DNA of 64,000 nt from an uncultured Bdellovibrionales bacterium. GTDB lineage: Bacteria > Patescibacteriota > Minisyncoccia > Moranbacterales > UBA1568. Location of the stretch: NCBI GenBank assembly GCA_964500505.1, contig CAZCNN010000001.1:2621-66620 (forward strand), read 5' to 3'. Made by a program: the position numbers and the translations under genes. Below, in pieces: positions 26,804 through 36,842 of this stretch. Position 1 is the first letter of the stretch. Every line of letters begins with the position of its first letter. The notes beneath the pieces were generated by a model that saw nothing but the letters and a program-made list of their open reading frames with translations, did no database searches and was not told the DNA's origin.

Positions 26804-27979
26804 GTGAATTTGATAAAAAGAATTATCCGCGAGCTTCGTAAAAATAGTCTTCCTGATTTTGTACGGAAGACTCTTTTTTATACTCTTGGCAAAGGACGAC
26901 ATCTGTGGGCTTTGGATAAAAATTCTTGGCAGAAGAAAAAAGCAGAGAATTTTTTTGGACACTACACGCTTCCGCAGCGATCTGGAAAGGAGCAGGTCAT
27001 CGTTTTTATTTTGCCCGGGCTGTGGATTGCTGGGGGCATTGCTGTGATTTTGCAGCATGCCAATCTTCTCAGGAAACGCGGGTATCAAGTGAAGATTGTG
27101 ACACAAGATCTCAAGACTACAGTAGCGTGGTTTGAGAATCAGCGAGTGGAGATAGTACCCATCAGTGCCATCGAGCCCTTGCTAAAACAGGGTATAGATA
27201 TACTGATTGCTACTGGGTGGAATTCTGTCCCAACGGTAGATCTATTGCCTGCACGACGCAAGATGTATTTTGTTCAGTTGGATGAAAGACGTTTTTATCA
27301 AGATCAAACACTAAAGAGCTTCGTCGGAGAAACCTATCGAGTAGGGTTTGAATTTTTGACCATGGCGCATTTTCTCCAAGCATGGCTTCGGGAGGAATTT
27401 GATCAATCGTCTACTTATGTACCCAACGGTTTGGACGTGGCAGTGTTTCATCCTGTAGTGGTACGACAGACAACAACGGATAAAGTACGGGTACTGATTG
27501 AGGGTCCAATCAATATACCGTTTAAGGGCGTAGCAGAAGCATACGAGGCAGTTGCTGGTCTTGATTGTGAACTATGGCTGGTCAGCAGTAATGGTGTGCC
27601 ACCAGCTCATTGGAAATACGATCAATTTTTTGAGAGAACCCCGATTCATGAAATGCCCCAAATCTACTCTTCATGTGATATTTTGCTCAAGATGAGCACG
27701 GTTGAGAGCTTTTGTTATCCGCCACTGGAAATGATGGCCTGTGGTGGAGTGCCCGTGATTCTTGAGGTGTCAGGTATCGAAGAGTACGCCAGGCACGAAG
27801 AAAACTGTCTCATCGTGCAGAGTCAACAAGAAGCACGACAGGCTGTAGCTCGATTGATTGCTGATCCAGCGCTTCGTGCTCGGTTACGGCGAGGTGGATT
27901 GGAGACAGCCAAAAAGTGGAGCTGGGAGCGTTCTGTCGATGCTCTAGAAGAAGTGATACTCAGGGCTGATTCTCAGTAG
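26804..27979 (+). CDS. GT-B (GT4-like) glycosyltransferase
   Basis: The C-terminal motif FCYPPLEMMACGGVPVI is present. Confidence 0.65.
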   Translation: MNLIKRIIRELRKNSLPDFVRKTLFYTLGKGRHLWALDKNSWQKKKAENFFGHYTLPQRSGKEQVIVFILPGLWIAGGIAVILQHANLLRKRGYQVKIVTQDLKTTVAWFENQRVEIVPISAIEPLLKQGIDILIATGWNSVPTVDLLPARRKMYFVQLDERRFYQDQTLKSFVGETYRVGFEFLTMAHFLQAWLREEFDQSSTYVPNGLDVAVFHPVVVRQTTTDKVRVLIEGPINIPFKGVAEAYEAVAGLDCELWLVSSNGVPPAHWKYDQFFERTPIHEMPQIYSSCDILLKMSTVESFCYPPLEMMACGGVPVILEVSGIEEYARHEENCLIVQSQQEARQAVARLIADPALRARLRRGGLETAKKWSWERSVDALEEVILRADSQ

Positions 27980-28694
27980 GTTTATTTGTGAACACGAGGT
28001 AGTAGGCGAGAGTGGTACTGCCAATGATAAGGATTGTAAAGAGCGTAATGATAGACCAACCTCTGAGAATGACTGGTTTGTATTGTGAAAGACGATCAAC
28101 GAGGCGAGAGAGGTCGCCCGAGAGTGATCCACTGGTATAGGCAGGGCGCAGGAATAAAGTTTGACCCGGATAGACTTTGTTCTTGCTAGTGTCTATCAGA
28201 GTACGATCGGCAAAAACGGGGTCAGGCACATCAGTAGCGGAGAGGTAGGGTTTTTCACCCTTGCGATTTTCGTCGGAAAAATAAGTAGCAGAAAAGCAGT
28301 ATTTTTTATTTGTAGATTCGACTATAGCCGGAAAGGAAAATACCGTGTATGCCCCTTGCATAGGTGGCTTATGGTCATAAATATCGGACGCAAGTGTATT
28401 TTGACAAACTTCATCCAGGAGACGGAATTCAATATGTTCCCCGAACTTGATGTCAGAACGTCCCAGCACGACCCGGATCTGATGGAGGTTTGACTCTTTG
28501 GCGGCAAATGTCTGCATGACGGGAGATCCTGGGGAAAGGGTTATTTTTTTTGTTTTCCCTAAGAAATTGTAGCCGGATTCGCCGAGACCGAAACTTGTGA
28601 GAAAGGTCAAAAAAATACCAATCATGCCGAGCAAAAAAATACAGAAAAGAATTCCTTTATGGTATTTTTTAATGAGTTCAATATTTTTATTCAT
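27960..28694 (-). CDS. Hypothetical bitopic membrane protein
   Basis: TMs are predicted at both termini. It is the last gene of a minus-strand pair with the DUF2142-like gene. Confidence 0.45.
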   Translation of the reverse strand: MNKNIELIKKYHKGILFCIFLLGMIGIFLTFLTSFGLGESGYNFLGKTKKITLSPGSPVMQTFAAKESNLHQIRVVLGRSDIKFGEHIEFRLLDEVCQNTLASDIYDHKPPMQGAYTVFSFPAIVESTNKKYCFSATYFSDENRKGEKPYLSATDVPDPVFADRTLIDTSKNKVYPGQTLFLRPAYTSGSLSGDLSRLVDRLSQYKPVILRGWSIITLFTILIIGSTTLAYYLVFTNKPTENQP

Positions 28695-28700
28695 ACGGCC

Positions 28701-30152
28701 CTAGAGATAGTATCGAGGGATAATGACGTTTATGATAGCGTGAATCTGGAGGAGTATCATGGCGAGGGTGAGGGCTTTCAGCGCAAAAAGAAAATATCTT
28801 TCCTGTCGTAGGAGGAATCCAATACCGGTAGTAATAATGATGAGATGAGCAATGACATTTGGAAGGAAGTAACGACCAGGCTGGCCGATAAGAATTTGGC
28901 CAGTGTAGTCAAACACGCGCCAGTCATAGAAACGAATGGCTATTTGGAGAGCAATTATCATACCGAGAAAGAGTACGAGAAACCTCTTTTCGGGAAGATA
29001 CGTAAATTTTCTCTGAGAACAGAGATACCAAACGGTCCCAATGAAACCAACAATTGTGATGAGGATAATTACTGAAAGTGTCCAGTCTGGTATTGCATTA
29101 TCGAGCCAGCCGAAGTGCCCCCAATAAGACCGTGCGGTATCTCGCAGTTCGCCCGAACTGAGTGTCTTATCTAAGTATTTCCCTATGGATTCAATGGTAG
29201 AGCTGAATTTTGATTGCGCTGTGAAGTTAGTAATATTCACAAAATAGCTTTTTGGAATAATCAGAAATGTAGTGCTAGCAAGGAAGATGCTTGCGCCTGC
29301 GAGAAGTGTAAGAAATTTTTTGAGAGGTAGATTGAGTGCTCTATAAGAAGTCCATGCCAAGAGAGGATAGAGCATTGCGACGAGTACGATGCCTGGACCC
29401 TTGGAAAAGAGACCAAGTATAGCGGCTGAGATGAGCAGAAGGGCGTGGCTCCACGTTAGTCCATCTCGCAGTAAGGAAACGCCAGCGAATAGAAAAAGCG
29501 AAAATGCAAAAACGAGCGCAATGTCGATATTGACCTGGGCTGCAGTAATCGAAAACATCGGTTGAAAAGTAAGGACCATCGTAAGAAGTAGGGAGGCATT
29601 TTCCGATAGCCCAATTTTTTTAGCAGTTAGGTAGGCAAAGATAGTGACGCCGATACCGAAAAGAACTGCAAGAAAACGCATGGAGAAGATTCGTACAAAT
29701 ATATTTTCATCTGAAAGTAGGCGCTCTAACCAAGAAGAAAAAAGGTAGTAGATAGATTTGGTCCCAGAAGCATTGTCGGGGTAGGTATCTATGTATCGTT
29801 GCCAGTTGTTTGTGAGGATTTCGTTTTCTATATTCAGAGTAGAAAAGTTTTGGATATTCTGCTTCTCTGACTTTATTTCATCAAATTGTACAGCCTGAGC
29901 CGACCGAATAACCTCTTCGGAAAATCCATAGGTGGCTATATCAGCGCTGGAAAGCCTTCTACTCTCTAGTTTTCTTATTGGCCAGGTTTTGAGAGTCGGC
30001 TCAGCAAGAAACTGAGCGGTGCCGTAGTGTATCTGCTCATCTGGATTCTGAAATGCTGGTACGAGAAAGCTGAGAATAGCCCCTTTTACCAAAAAAAAGC
30101 AAAGGAGAGCAAAAAGAATGATTTTTTGGGTCGAAATTTTGCTGGAACGCAT
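28701..30152 (-). CDS. DUF2142-like polytopic membrane protein (putative glycan-processing)
   Basis: A conserved PDEQIHYGTAQF motif follows the first TM, as in DUF2142. Ten or more TMs are predicted. Confidence 0.5.
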   Translation of the reverse strand: MRSSKISTQKIILFALLCFFLVKGAILSFLVPAFQNPDEQIHYGTAQFLAEPTLKTWPIRKLESRRLSSADIATYGFSEEVIRSAQAVQFDEIKSEKQNIQNFSTLNIENEILTNNWQRYIDTYPDNASGTKSIYYLFSSWLERLLSDENIFVRIFSMRFLAVLFGIGVTIFAYLTAKKIGLSENASLLLTMVLTFQPMFSITAAQVNIDIALVFAFSLFLFAGVSLLRDGLTWSHALLLISAAILGLFSKGPGIVLVAMLYPLLAWTSYRALNLPLKKFLTLLAGASIFLASTTFLIIPKSYFVNITNFTAQSKFSSTIESIGKYLDKTLSSGELRDTARSYWGHFGWLDNAIPDWTLSVIILITIVGFIGTVWYLCSQRKFTYLPEKRFLVLFLGMIIALQIAIRFYDWRVFDYTGQILIGQPGRYFLPNVIAHLIIITTGIGFLLRQERYFLFALKALTLAMILLQIHAIINVIIPRYYL

Positions 30153-30202
30153 ATTTAGAGTATACTATAAAGGCTATAAAAAGCCATTTCTAAGGGAATA
30201 TC

Positions 30203-31069
30203 ATGAACGTTCTTGTTGGCGGTACCGGTTTTATCGGGACAGCCTTGGCGGAAAAACTAGTACAACAAGGAGAGGCAGTGATAAGTATCGCTCGAAGTAT
30301 TCCGGAGCAGAAGGTAGAAGGAGTGCTTTATCGTGCCATTGATATTTTTGCGTACCCAGAGCAACTCATCCCGATATTCGGCCATGGATCAGCTATTTTC
30401 TTGTTGACAGGACAGAATAGCGCTACATTTGATGCTGTGCCAGAATTAGAGGGATTCGGGAAAGTTTTGGATGTTGTAGCTGCATCTTCGCCGGAGAAAG
30501 TTCTGTTTACTTCAACGTCTTTGGTGTACGGTGAATGCGCTGAGGCAGCAAAAGAAGATCATGATCTTTTGCCGAAAGATGCCTACGCGCAGTTTAAAGT
30601 TTCATGTGAACAGATGATTCAAGAAAAACTGGCCGGTATTCCTGTTGCGATAGTGCGATTAGGAAATGTGTATGGATCAGAGAAGAATAAGGGGTTTATC
30701 GGTTTGGTATTAAAGAAAATTTCAGAGGGGATAGAAATAAAAGTGAATGGTGATGGACAGCAAGAGCGCGATTATGTTTTTCTTGATGAAGTGGTGTCCG
30801 CAATGCTTGCTGTGAAAGATAAGTTGAAGGAGTCAGATATAATAAATATTACTACTGGGAAAAGCGATACATTGCTTGGAGTGATAGCGCTTCTGTCAGA
30901 TGTTGTTGGCCGGTCTATCCCATTTTCCGTTACGGGGGTACCAGTCATGGAAACTCAAATAATTCGAGTTGATAATACCAAGTTACGAGAGAAGTACGGA
31001 TTTGTTCCGCAGATTTATCTTAAAGAGGGGCTTCAAAAAACATGGGAGCGGTATAAGAAAGAATATTAA
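30203..31069 (+). CDS. NAD(P)-dependent sugar epimerase/reductase (short SDR)
   Basis: The Rossmann motif VGGTGFIGTALAEKL and the extended-SDR fold are present. Confidence 0.6.
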   Translation: MNVLVGGTGFIGTALAEKLVQQGEAVISIARSIPEQKVEGVLYRAIDIFAYPEQLIPIFGHGSAIFLLTGQNSATFDAVPELEGFGKVLDVVAASSPEKVLFTSTSLVYGECAEAAKEDHDLLPKDAYAQFKVSCEQMIQEKLAGIPVAIVRLGNVYGSEKNKGFIGLVLKKISEGIEIKVNGDGQQERDYVFLDEVVSAMLAVKDKLKESDIINITTGKSDTLLGVIALLSDVVGRSIPFSVTGVPVMETQIIRVDNTKLREKYGFVPQIYLKEGLQKTWERYKKEY

Positions 31070-31075
31070 AATGAT

Positions 31076-32485
31076 ATGGCAGAGAATAATATCTTAATTA
31101 TCGGTGCTGGTAGGGCAGGGCGACTGCTGGCCAAGGATATTGATCAGAATGTTTCCGATGCCCATGTTATTGGTTTTATGGACGATCAGATTTCAAGTAG
31201 TACCTCGCTTAAGTACCTAGGAAATATCGATGAACTTTCTAAGATATCGAAGATTTACAAGGTGGATGAGATAATTATTGCTATTCCCTCTGCTGATGGA
31301 GCATTGGTACGACGTATTTTGATGAAAAATATCAAGAGTCGTATCCCGATTCGAATCGTGCCTCGCAACCTGCGTGTTATTAGCAAGAGTGATGTGAGGT
31401 ATTCCGAAGTTAAGCCACTTGATACGGAGGACTTCCTTGGTCGACCGTTTATTGATAAGAATATTGAACGATTGAAGAAGTTTTATCGAGGAAAAGTCGT
31501 TTTTATTACTGGTGGAGCTGGTTCAATTGGATCAGAAATTGTCCGCCAGCTTATCGATCTTGAGGTAAAAAAAGTGATTGTCTATGATAACTCTGAATAC
31601 TTGACCTTTCTTTTAGAGCAGCAGCTGAAGGAGCAAGGAACGCGTAATCGCTGCGAGCTGATTGTTGGCAATATTTTGCACAATAACAAACTGGATGCGC
31701 TTTTCTCTAGAATCAAGCCGGATATCGTTTTTCATGCCGCAGCCTATAAGCATGTGCATCTCATGCAGGATAATATCGATGAAGCAATTTACAACAATGT
31801 TATCGGGACAAAACGAGTCATTGATGCTGCCATAGATAATAACGTGAAGCTTTTTACCTTTATCTCAACTGATAAGGTGGTGAATCCAACGAGTATCATG
31901 GGTGCCACCAAAAAGCTCTGTGAGTATTATATTCAGTCACTCAAGCCAGCGAAAACGAAATTTAACATCGTTCGTTTTGGGAATGTTATCAATTCCAATG
32001 GATCAGCTCTTCCTCTCTTTGAGAGGCAGATAATGCTCCATAAGTATGTGACGGTGACTCATAAAAAGATGCAGCGTTTCTTCATGTCAATTCGTGAAGC
32101 ATCGTCACTGGTGATCGAGAGTACAGCTGAGGGGAAAGCAAATAGTATCCATATTCTCAACATGGGTGAGCTTATCAATATTTACGAGGTAGCATTGTGT
32201 CTTATCCGGTCAAAGAATCTCGTCCCTGATGAGGACGTGGAAGTAAGAATTATGGGGCTTCGAAAGGGAGAAAAAATGATTGAAGAGCTCTATACTGTAT
32301 CTGAGGGACAGGAGATGATAACGACAAAGTCAGGAAAAATATTCGCTCTCAAAAATCTTGCCGTTTGCCCAGTAGATATTATGAAGATCCTTGTAGAGTT
32401 GGAGGAACTAGTGAAGAATGGCAAGGGGAAAGCTATGTTACAAAAGAACATGCGAAATATATTTCCATCCATTAAATGGAAATAG
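31076..32485 (+). CDS. CapD/PglF/WbpM-type NDP-sugar 4,6-dehydratase (Polysacc_synt_2) lacking the TM region
   Basis: An N-terminal CoA-binding-like domain precedes an SDR core (VFITGGAGSIGSEIVRQL, YKHVHLM). Confidence 0.7.
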   Translation: MAENNILIIGAGRAGRLLAKDIDQNVSDAHVIGFMDDQISSSTSLKYLGNIDELSKISKIYKVDEIIIAIPSADGALVRRILMKNIKSRIPIRIVPRNLRVISKSDVRYSEVKPLDTEDFLGRPFIDKNIERLKKFYRGKVVFITGGAGSIGSEIVRQLIDLEVKKVIVYDNSEYLTFLLEQQLKEQGTRNRCELIVGNILHNNKLDALFSRIKPDIVFHAAAYKHVHLMQDNIDEAIYNNVIGTKRVIDAAIDNNVKLFTFISTDKVVNPTSIMGATKKLCEYYIQSLKPAKTKFNIVRFGNVINSNGSALPLFERQIMLHKYVTVTHKKMQRFFMSIREASSLVIESTAEGKANSIHILNMGELINIYEVALCLIRSKNLVPDEDVEVRIMGLRKGEKMIEELYTVSEGQEMITTKSGKIFALKNLAVCPVDIMKILVELEELVKNGKGKAMLQKNMRNIFPSIKWK

Positions 32486-32566
32486 TTTTGAATTTATATA
32501 AAGTAAGCTAATTCCAACTAGTTTTCTCGCGTGCTATATTATAGTTATACTAATTAAAAAAATGAT

Positions 32567-33121
32567 ATGGTAAAGAAGAGTATCAAGGTAATATTGAGTG
32601 AAATAGAGGCTGTTTTTGAACCTCTTGATGAGAGTCAGGTACTGGCATTGCGAGATGAAATTTTGAAAGCAAATAAGATTGTGGTGTGTGGTGCGGGGCG
32701 TGTTGGCATGGCGGTACGAGGATTTGGAATGAGGCTAGGACACCTTGGACTGAATGCGTTTACTCTTGGTGACTCGGTTGTGCCAGGAATTAGCAAAGGA
32801 GATTTATTCCTTGTTGCCTCAGGATCTGGCGAAACGCAGACTATTTATGACCTTGTTGAAATTGGAAAGAAAAATGGTGCGATGGTTGGGTTAGTAACTG
32901 GTAATCCAGAATCGAGAATGGGGAAGCTGGCAGATGTCTTGGTTCGAATTAGTGCGCCTTCAAAAACTAAGGCAGTGGAGGGTCTGGTTTCTATTCAACC
33001 CATGACAACTTTGAATGAGCAGAGTCTCGGTATATTTTTCGATGCTCTCGTGTTGGAGCTCATGGAAAAAATGGGAGAGACTCACGATACCATGTGGGCC
33101 CGGCATTCTAATTTGGAATAG
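32567..33121 (+). CDS. SIS-domain sugar-phosphate isomerase, 6-phospho-3-hexuloisomerase (HxlB/PHI)-like
   Basis: It aligns along its full length with the PHI pattern: VCGAGRVGMAVRGFGMRLGHLG...GDLFLVASGSGET...LGKLADVLVRI...IQPMTTLNEQSLGIFFDALVLELMEK. Confidence 0.7.
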   Translation: MVKKSIKVILSEIEAVFEPLDESQVLALRDEILKANKIVVCGAGRVGMAVRGFGMRLGHLGLNAFTLGDSVVPGISKGDLFLVASGSGETQTIYDLVEIGKKNGAMVGLVTGNPESRMGKLADVLVRISAPSKTKAVEGLVSIQPMTTLNEQSLGIFFDALVLELMEKMGETHDTMWARHSNLE

Positions 33122-33129
33122 ATACTGTT

Positions 33130-33804
33130 ATGCACGATCATACACAATGTCAGTTGGCAGCATCGATAATTTGCGGAAGCCCGTTGAATCTTGAGGTAGA
33201 TTTGGCCGCCTTGGAAAAAGGAGGGATTGATTATATTCATTTCGATGTGATGGACGGAGTATTCGTTCCGCGTTTTGGGCTGTTCCCGGAATATTTGAAA
33301 GCCATTCGTTCCAAGACGAATCTCCCCATAGAGGTTCATATGATGGTACAGGATCCGGAGCCGTATATTCAAGATTTTGTGAATGCCGGAGCAACGATGT
33401 TGACTCCTCATATAGAGCCACTCATGCATGCTCATCGTACGATAATGAAGATTAAAAGTGCGGGGGTACAGGCTGGATTGGCACTCAATCCAGGGACTTC
33501 TCTTTCGTCTCTTGATTCTGTCTTGGAAGATTTGGACCTAGTGATGCTGATGGCTATCAATCCTGGTATCGTCGGGCACAAGCTTATCCCGAGGACGCTG
33601 GAAAAGATCGCTGAATTGCGAAAAAAAATTGATGAAATTGATAAAAATGTACTGATAGAGATCGATGGCGGCGTGACTCTAGAGAGTGGAATCAGAATGA
33701 AACAAGCCGGAGCGAATATGCTTGTCTGTGGTACTGGAACAATTTTTCAACCGCCAGCGAAATTGGATGACAAAATCCGCGAATTCCGATTGACGCTTGA
33801 ATAA
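33130..33804 (+). CDS. Ribulose-phosphate 3-epimerase family enzyme (RPE/AlsE-like)
   Basis: HFDVMDGVFVP, EVHMMV, NPGT and EIDGGV all align with RPE catalytic and metal residues. The usual FVPN is FVPR here. Confidence 0.65.
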   Translation: MHDHTQCQLAASIICGSPLNLEVDLAALEKGGIDYIHFDVMDGVFVPRFGLFPEYLKAIRSKTNLPIEVHMMVQDPEPYIQDFVNAGATMLTPHIEPLMHAHRTIMKIKSAGVQAGLALNPGTSLSSLDSVLEDLDLVMLMAINPGIVGHKLIPRTLEKIAELRKKIDEIDKNVLIEIDGGVTLESGIRMKQAGANMLVCGTGTIFQPPAKLDDKIREFRLTLE

Positions 33805-33821
33805 TCTCTAGAAATACCGAA

Positions 33822-35405
33822 ATGAAAAAATCTACTGCATACAAAGTTCTGATTACGACGTCTGGTACCGGATCAAGACTTGGGGAGATTACTCAGTATA
33901 CAAATAAATCTTTGGTGAAAGTTGGTAAAAAACCGGCTATTTCTTATATCATTGAATCGTACCCGAAGAACACAGAATTCGTTGTGACAGTTGGATATTT
34001 TGGTGACCAAGTCTGTGATTTTTTGAAGCTTGTTTATCCTGACAGAGTCTTCAAATTTGTTAAGGTGGATAAGTATCAGGGTACTGGGAGTAGCTTGGGT
34101 TATTCTATGCTTCAAGCAGCGTCTCATTTGCAGTGTCCATTTATTTATCATGCATGTGATACTATTGTTTCCGGAATAAAAATTCTAACACCCAAGACAA
34201 ATTGGATAGGAGGATTTCGTGGAGAAGGATCGTCACACTATGCATCTTTCGATGTAGTGAATGGAAGAGTGGAAAAAATGCATGACAAGGGTATGATGGA
34301 TCCCGATTTTTTGCATATTGGACTAGTGGGAATACGAGAGTATGAATCTTTTTGGCGAACCCTCAAAGATCTCTACAAAAAAAACCAGAATAATAGCTCG
34401 TTGAATGATGTCGAAACTATCAGCGCGATGATTGAACAGGGGAAAAACTTTGGAGTAGTAGAATTTGGAACCTGGCATGACATAGGTAACGTGGAGAGTT
34501 TGAATAAGGCTCGTACAGAGATCGCGGACTCCTTTCGGATTCTTGATAAGTCAGACGAGTCGATATTCATATTTGATAAGTTTGTGGTGAAGTTTTTTTA
34601 TGATGAAAAAACTGTCGCACAGCGTGTTGCGAGAGGGAAACTTCTTAAGGGACTTGCACCTGAAATTGAAGGGTCAGCAAAGAATTTTTATCGCTATAAG
34701 TACGCAAACGGCAAATTGTATTCGAAAGTTGCTACCCCCATAGATTTTGAAAAGTTTTTGAAGTGGTCAAAAAAGAATCTTTGGAAATCAAATCATGAAG
34801 TGTCCGATCAGGAATTCAAGAAAATTTGTTATGATTTTTATTATATCAAAACATCGGAGCGAATCCAGAAATTTTTGACAACACGCAAAGTAAAAGATGT
34901 TGAAATGATTATTAATGGTGAGCAAGTTCCTACGATTAAGAAGATGCTCAAGATGATTGATTTTGATTGGTTGTGTAGCGCAGAACAAAGCGGATTTCAT
35001 GGTGATTTCATTCTGGATAATCTTTTGAAAGCAAAGTCAGGGTATGTACTTTTGGATTGGCGTCAGAACTTTGGAGGACTTCTGAAGTCAGGGGACATGT
35101 ACTATGATCTTTCAAAGTTAAATCACAATTTAACGGTGAACCACGAAATTGTGAACAATGATTTGTTTACTATTGAGGCAGGAGAAAATGAGGTTACCTG
35201 TGATATTTTCCGGAAGGAAAACCTCGTCCAGTGTCAGAAAGCCCTGTTTGAGTTCTTGGATAAGAACGGTTACAATAGTAAGAAGGTAAAGATTTTGACG
35301 GCCTTGATTTGGCTCAATATGTCGCCACTTCATCATCACCCATTTGATCGCTTTTTGTTTTATTTTGGGAAATTAAATCTCTGGCGCGCGCTTAACGAGA
35401 AATAG
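33822..35405 (+). CDS. Bifunctional sugar-1-phosphate nucleotidyltransferase (N-terminal) / APH-ChoK-type kinase (C-terminal)
   Basis: The N-terminus has LITTSGTGSRLGEIT (a GxGxRLxPxT-like NTP-transferase motif). The C-terminus has the Brenner motif HGDFILDNLL followed by VLLDW, as in aminoglycoside/choline-kinase-fold kinases. Confidence 0.65.
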   Translation: MKKSTAYKVLITTSGTGSRLGEITQYTNKSLVKVGKKPAISYIIESYPKNTEFVVTVGYFGDQVCDFLKLVYPDRVFKFVKVDKYQGTGSSLGYSMLQAASHLQCPFIYHACDTIVSGIKILTPKTNWIGGFRGEGSSHYASFDVVNGRVEKMHDKGMMDPDFLHIGLVGIREYESFWRTLKDLYKKNQNNSSLNDVETISAMIEQGKNFGVVEFGTWHDIGNVESLNKARTEIADSFRILDKSDESIFIFDKFVVKFFYDEKTVAQRVARGKLLKGLAPEIEGSAKNFYRYKYANGKLYSKVATPIDFEKFLKWSKKNLWKSNHEVSDQEFKKICYDFYYIKTSERIQKFLTTRKVKDVEMIINGEQVPTIKKMLKMIDFDWLCSAEQSGFHGDFILDNLLKAKSGYVLLDWRQNFGGLLKSGDMYYDLSKLNHNLTVNHEIVNNDLFTIEAGENEVTCDIFRKENLVQCQKALFEFLDKNGYNSKKVKILTALIWLNMSPLHHHPFDRFLFYFGKLNLWRALNEK

Positions 35406-35411
35406 GAATTT

Positions 35412-35939
35412 ATGGAAAAAAAAACGATTAAAAACTTCATATTGGATGTTGACGGTGTTTTTACCGACGGGAAATTTTACTATACTGTTGACGGTAAAGT
35501 GATGAAAAAATTTGGTCCAGAAGACAATGACGCTCTTACGCTCCTGAAAGATAGACTCCATCTCCATGCTATCTCGGGGGATAAGAATGGGTATGCGATT
35601 ACCAAAAGGAGGATTGCTGATGATATGCATCTTCCGTTGGATCAGGTAAGTACTTTTGAACGGATAGAATGGATTCGTGAAAGATTTGATCCAGAAGAGA
35701 CGGTTTATATGGGCGATGGAATATTTGATCCTCTTGTCTTCAAACATGTTGCGTATAGTATTGCTCCAGCGAATGCGTTTTATACAACAAAAGAACAGGC
35801 TGATTTTGTAACAAATGCTCGAGGAGGGGAAGGAGCAGTAGCAGAGGCGTGCCTCCATATACTGGAAAAATTCTTTAATGAGCCATTCGATGTGCATGTA
35901 CTAAATATTAAAAATGGCTCAGGAGCATGGAAAAAGTGA
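35412..35939 (+). CDS. HAD-IIIA phosphatase, KdsC/YrbI family
   Basis: ILDVDGVFTDGKFYY...DGKVMKKF.. and GDGIFD match the Kdo-8-P/Neu5Ac-9-P phosphatase family pattern. Confidence 0.7.
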   Translation: MEKKTIKNFILDVDGVFTDGKFYYTVDGKVMKKFGPEDNDALTLLKDRLHLHAISGDKNGYAITKRRIADDMHLPLDQVSTFERIEWIRERFDPEETVYMGDGIFDPLVFKHVAYSIAPANAFYTTKEQADFVTNARGGEGAVAEACLHILEKFFNEPFDVHVLNIKNGSGAWKK

Positions 35940-36003
35940 GCAGGAATGAGGAAAGAGTTAAAGAGGTGATGATTGAAGTAATAAGCTATATATGTAAAGA
36001 GGT

Positions 36004-36780
36004 ATGGAAACAATAAAAAGATTATTTGAAAAGGCTATCGAAAACCCGTACATGTATAAGCTTTATACTTTCAGGCTGAAAGGACCTCAGAAGGTGAAGC
36101 TTTTTTATAAGACGGAGGATCTCAACAAGGAGTACTATGAAAAGATAAAAGATCTCGGCTACAGAGAGCTTGAACATCAGATTGGAAGATTGGTGAATTT
36201 CAAGAATATCGTTCGAGACTGCGCTTCTTTGGAGGGAGATTTTGTGGAATTCGGCTGCTGGCGTGGCTTCTCGCTACTTTGGATGGCATATTTCATGGAA
36301 AGGAATGCCATCTTCGGAAAAAAGCTGATTGGGCTTGATGGCTTCATTGGGCTTCCCTACTCGGACGGCGGTTTTCGGAAGGGGAAATTTTCGAATACGT
36401 CGCGCAAAGAATGTAGGGATAATCTTCTAAAGAGTGATGAGTTATACGACGAGATAAAGAAAAAGGTGTTCGTTGGCAAGTTCTTGTATGAAGAAAAAGA
36501 GGCGATTTTGAATTACTTTAAACGATTGAGAGTCGACAAACTATGCTTCATTCACATCGACTGTGATATTTCACAGTCGGCCAAGCAGATATTCGAGATT
36601 CTTGTCGAGGGAGACTTGATAGCTGATAAGGCATTCATGCTCTTCGATGACTATGGAATAGAAGAAACTTTACGTGAAGAAATCGAGAAGTATTTTGCCA
36701 CGCAACGAGACAGGTGGAACATTTCCGTTCATTCAGAGTCAAAATTGACAAAAAATTTCATCTTTGAAAAGAAAAAGTAA
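36004..36780 (+). CDS. TylF/MycF-family SAM-dependent (sugar) O-methyltransferase
   Basis: The DFVEFGCWRGFS and IHIDCD motifs are present. Confidence 0.6.
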   Translation: METIKRLFEKAIENPYMYKLYTFRLKGPQKVKLFYKTEDLNKEYYEKIKDLGYRELEHQIGRLVNFKNIVRDCASLEGDFVEFGCWRGFSLLWMAYFMERNAIFGKKLIGLDGFIGLPYSDGGFRKGKFSNTSRKECRDNLLKSDELYDEIKKKVFVGKFLYEEKEAILNYFKRLRVDKLCFIHIDCDISQSAKQIFEILVEGDLIADKAFMLFDDYGIEETLREEIEKYFATQRDRWNISVHSESKLTKNFIFEKKK

Positions 36781-36842
36781 TTTCATCCGTATAGTAGCCT
36801 CACAAAATTTCAAAGATAACTTTAACGAGACTGTATCAACTT

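Noticed and set aside
26507-27106. 199-aa minus-strand ORF spanning the DUF360 gene and the start of a GT gene
   Set aside because: It overlaps two well-supported plus-strand genes. It is low-complexity and shows no signals.
35373-35897. 174-aa minus-strand ORF antisense to the KdsC-like phosphatase gene
   Set aside because: It is an AT-rich antisense frame with no recognisable motifs. The sense-strand gene has clear HAD-IIIA motifs and fits operon spacing.
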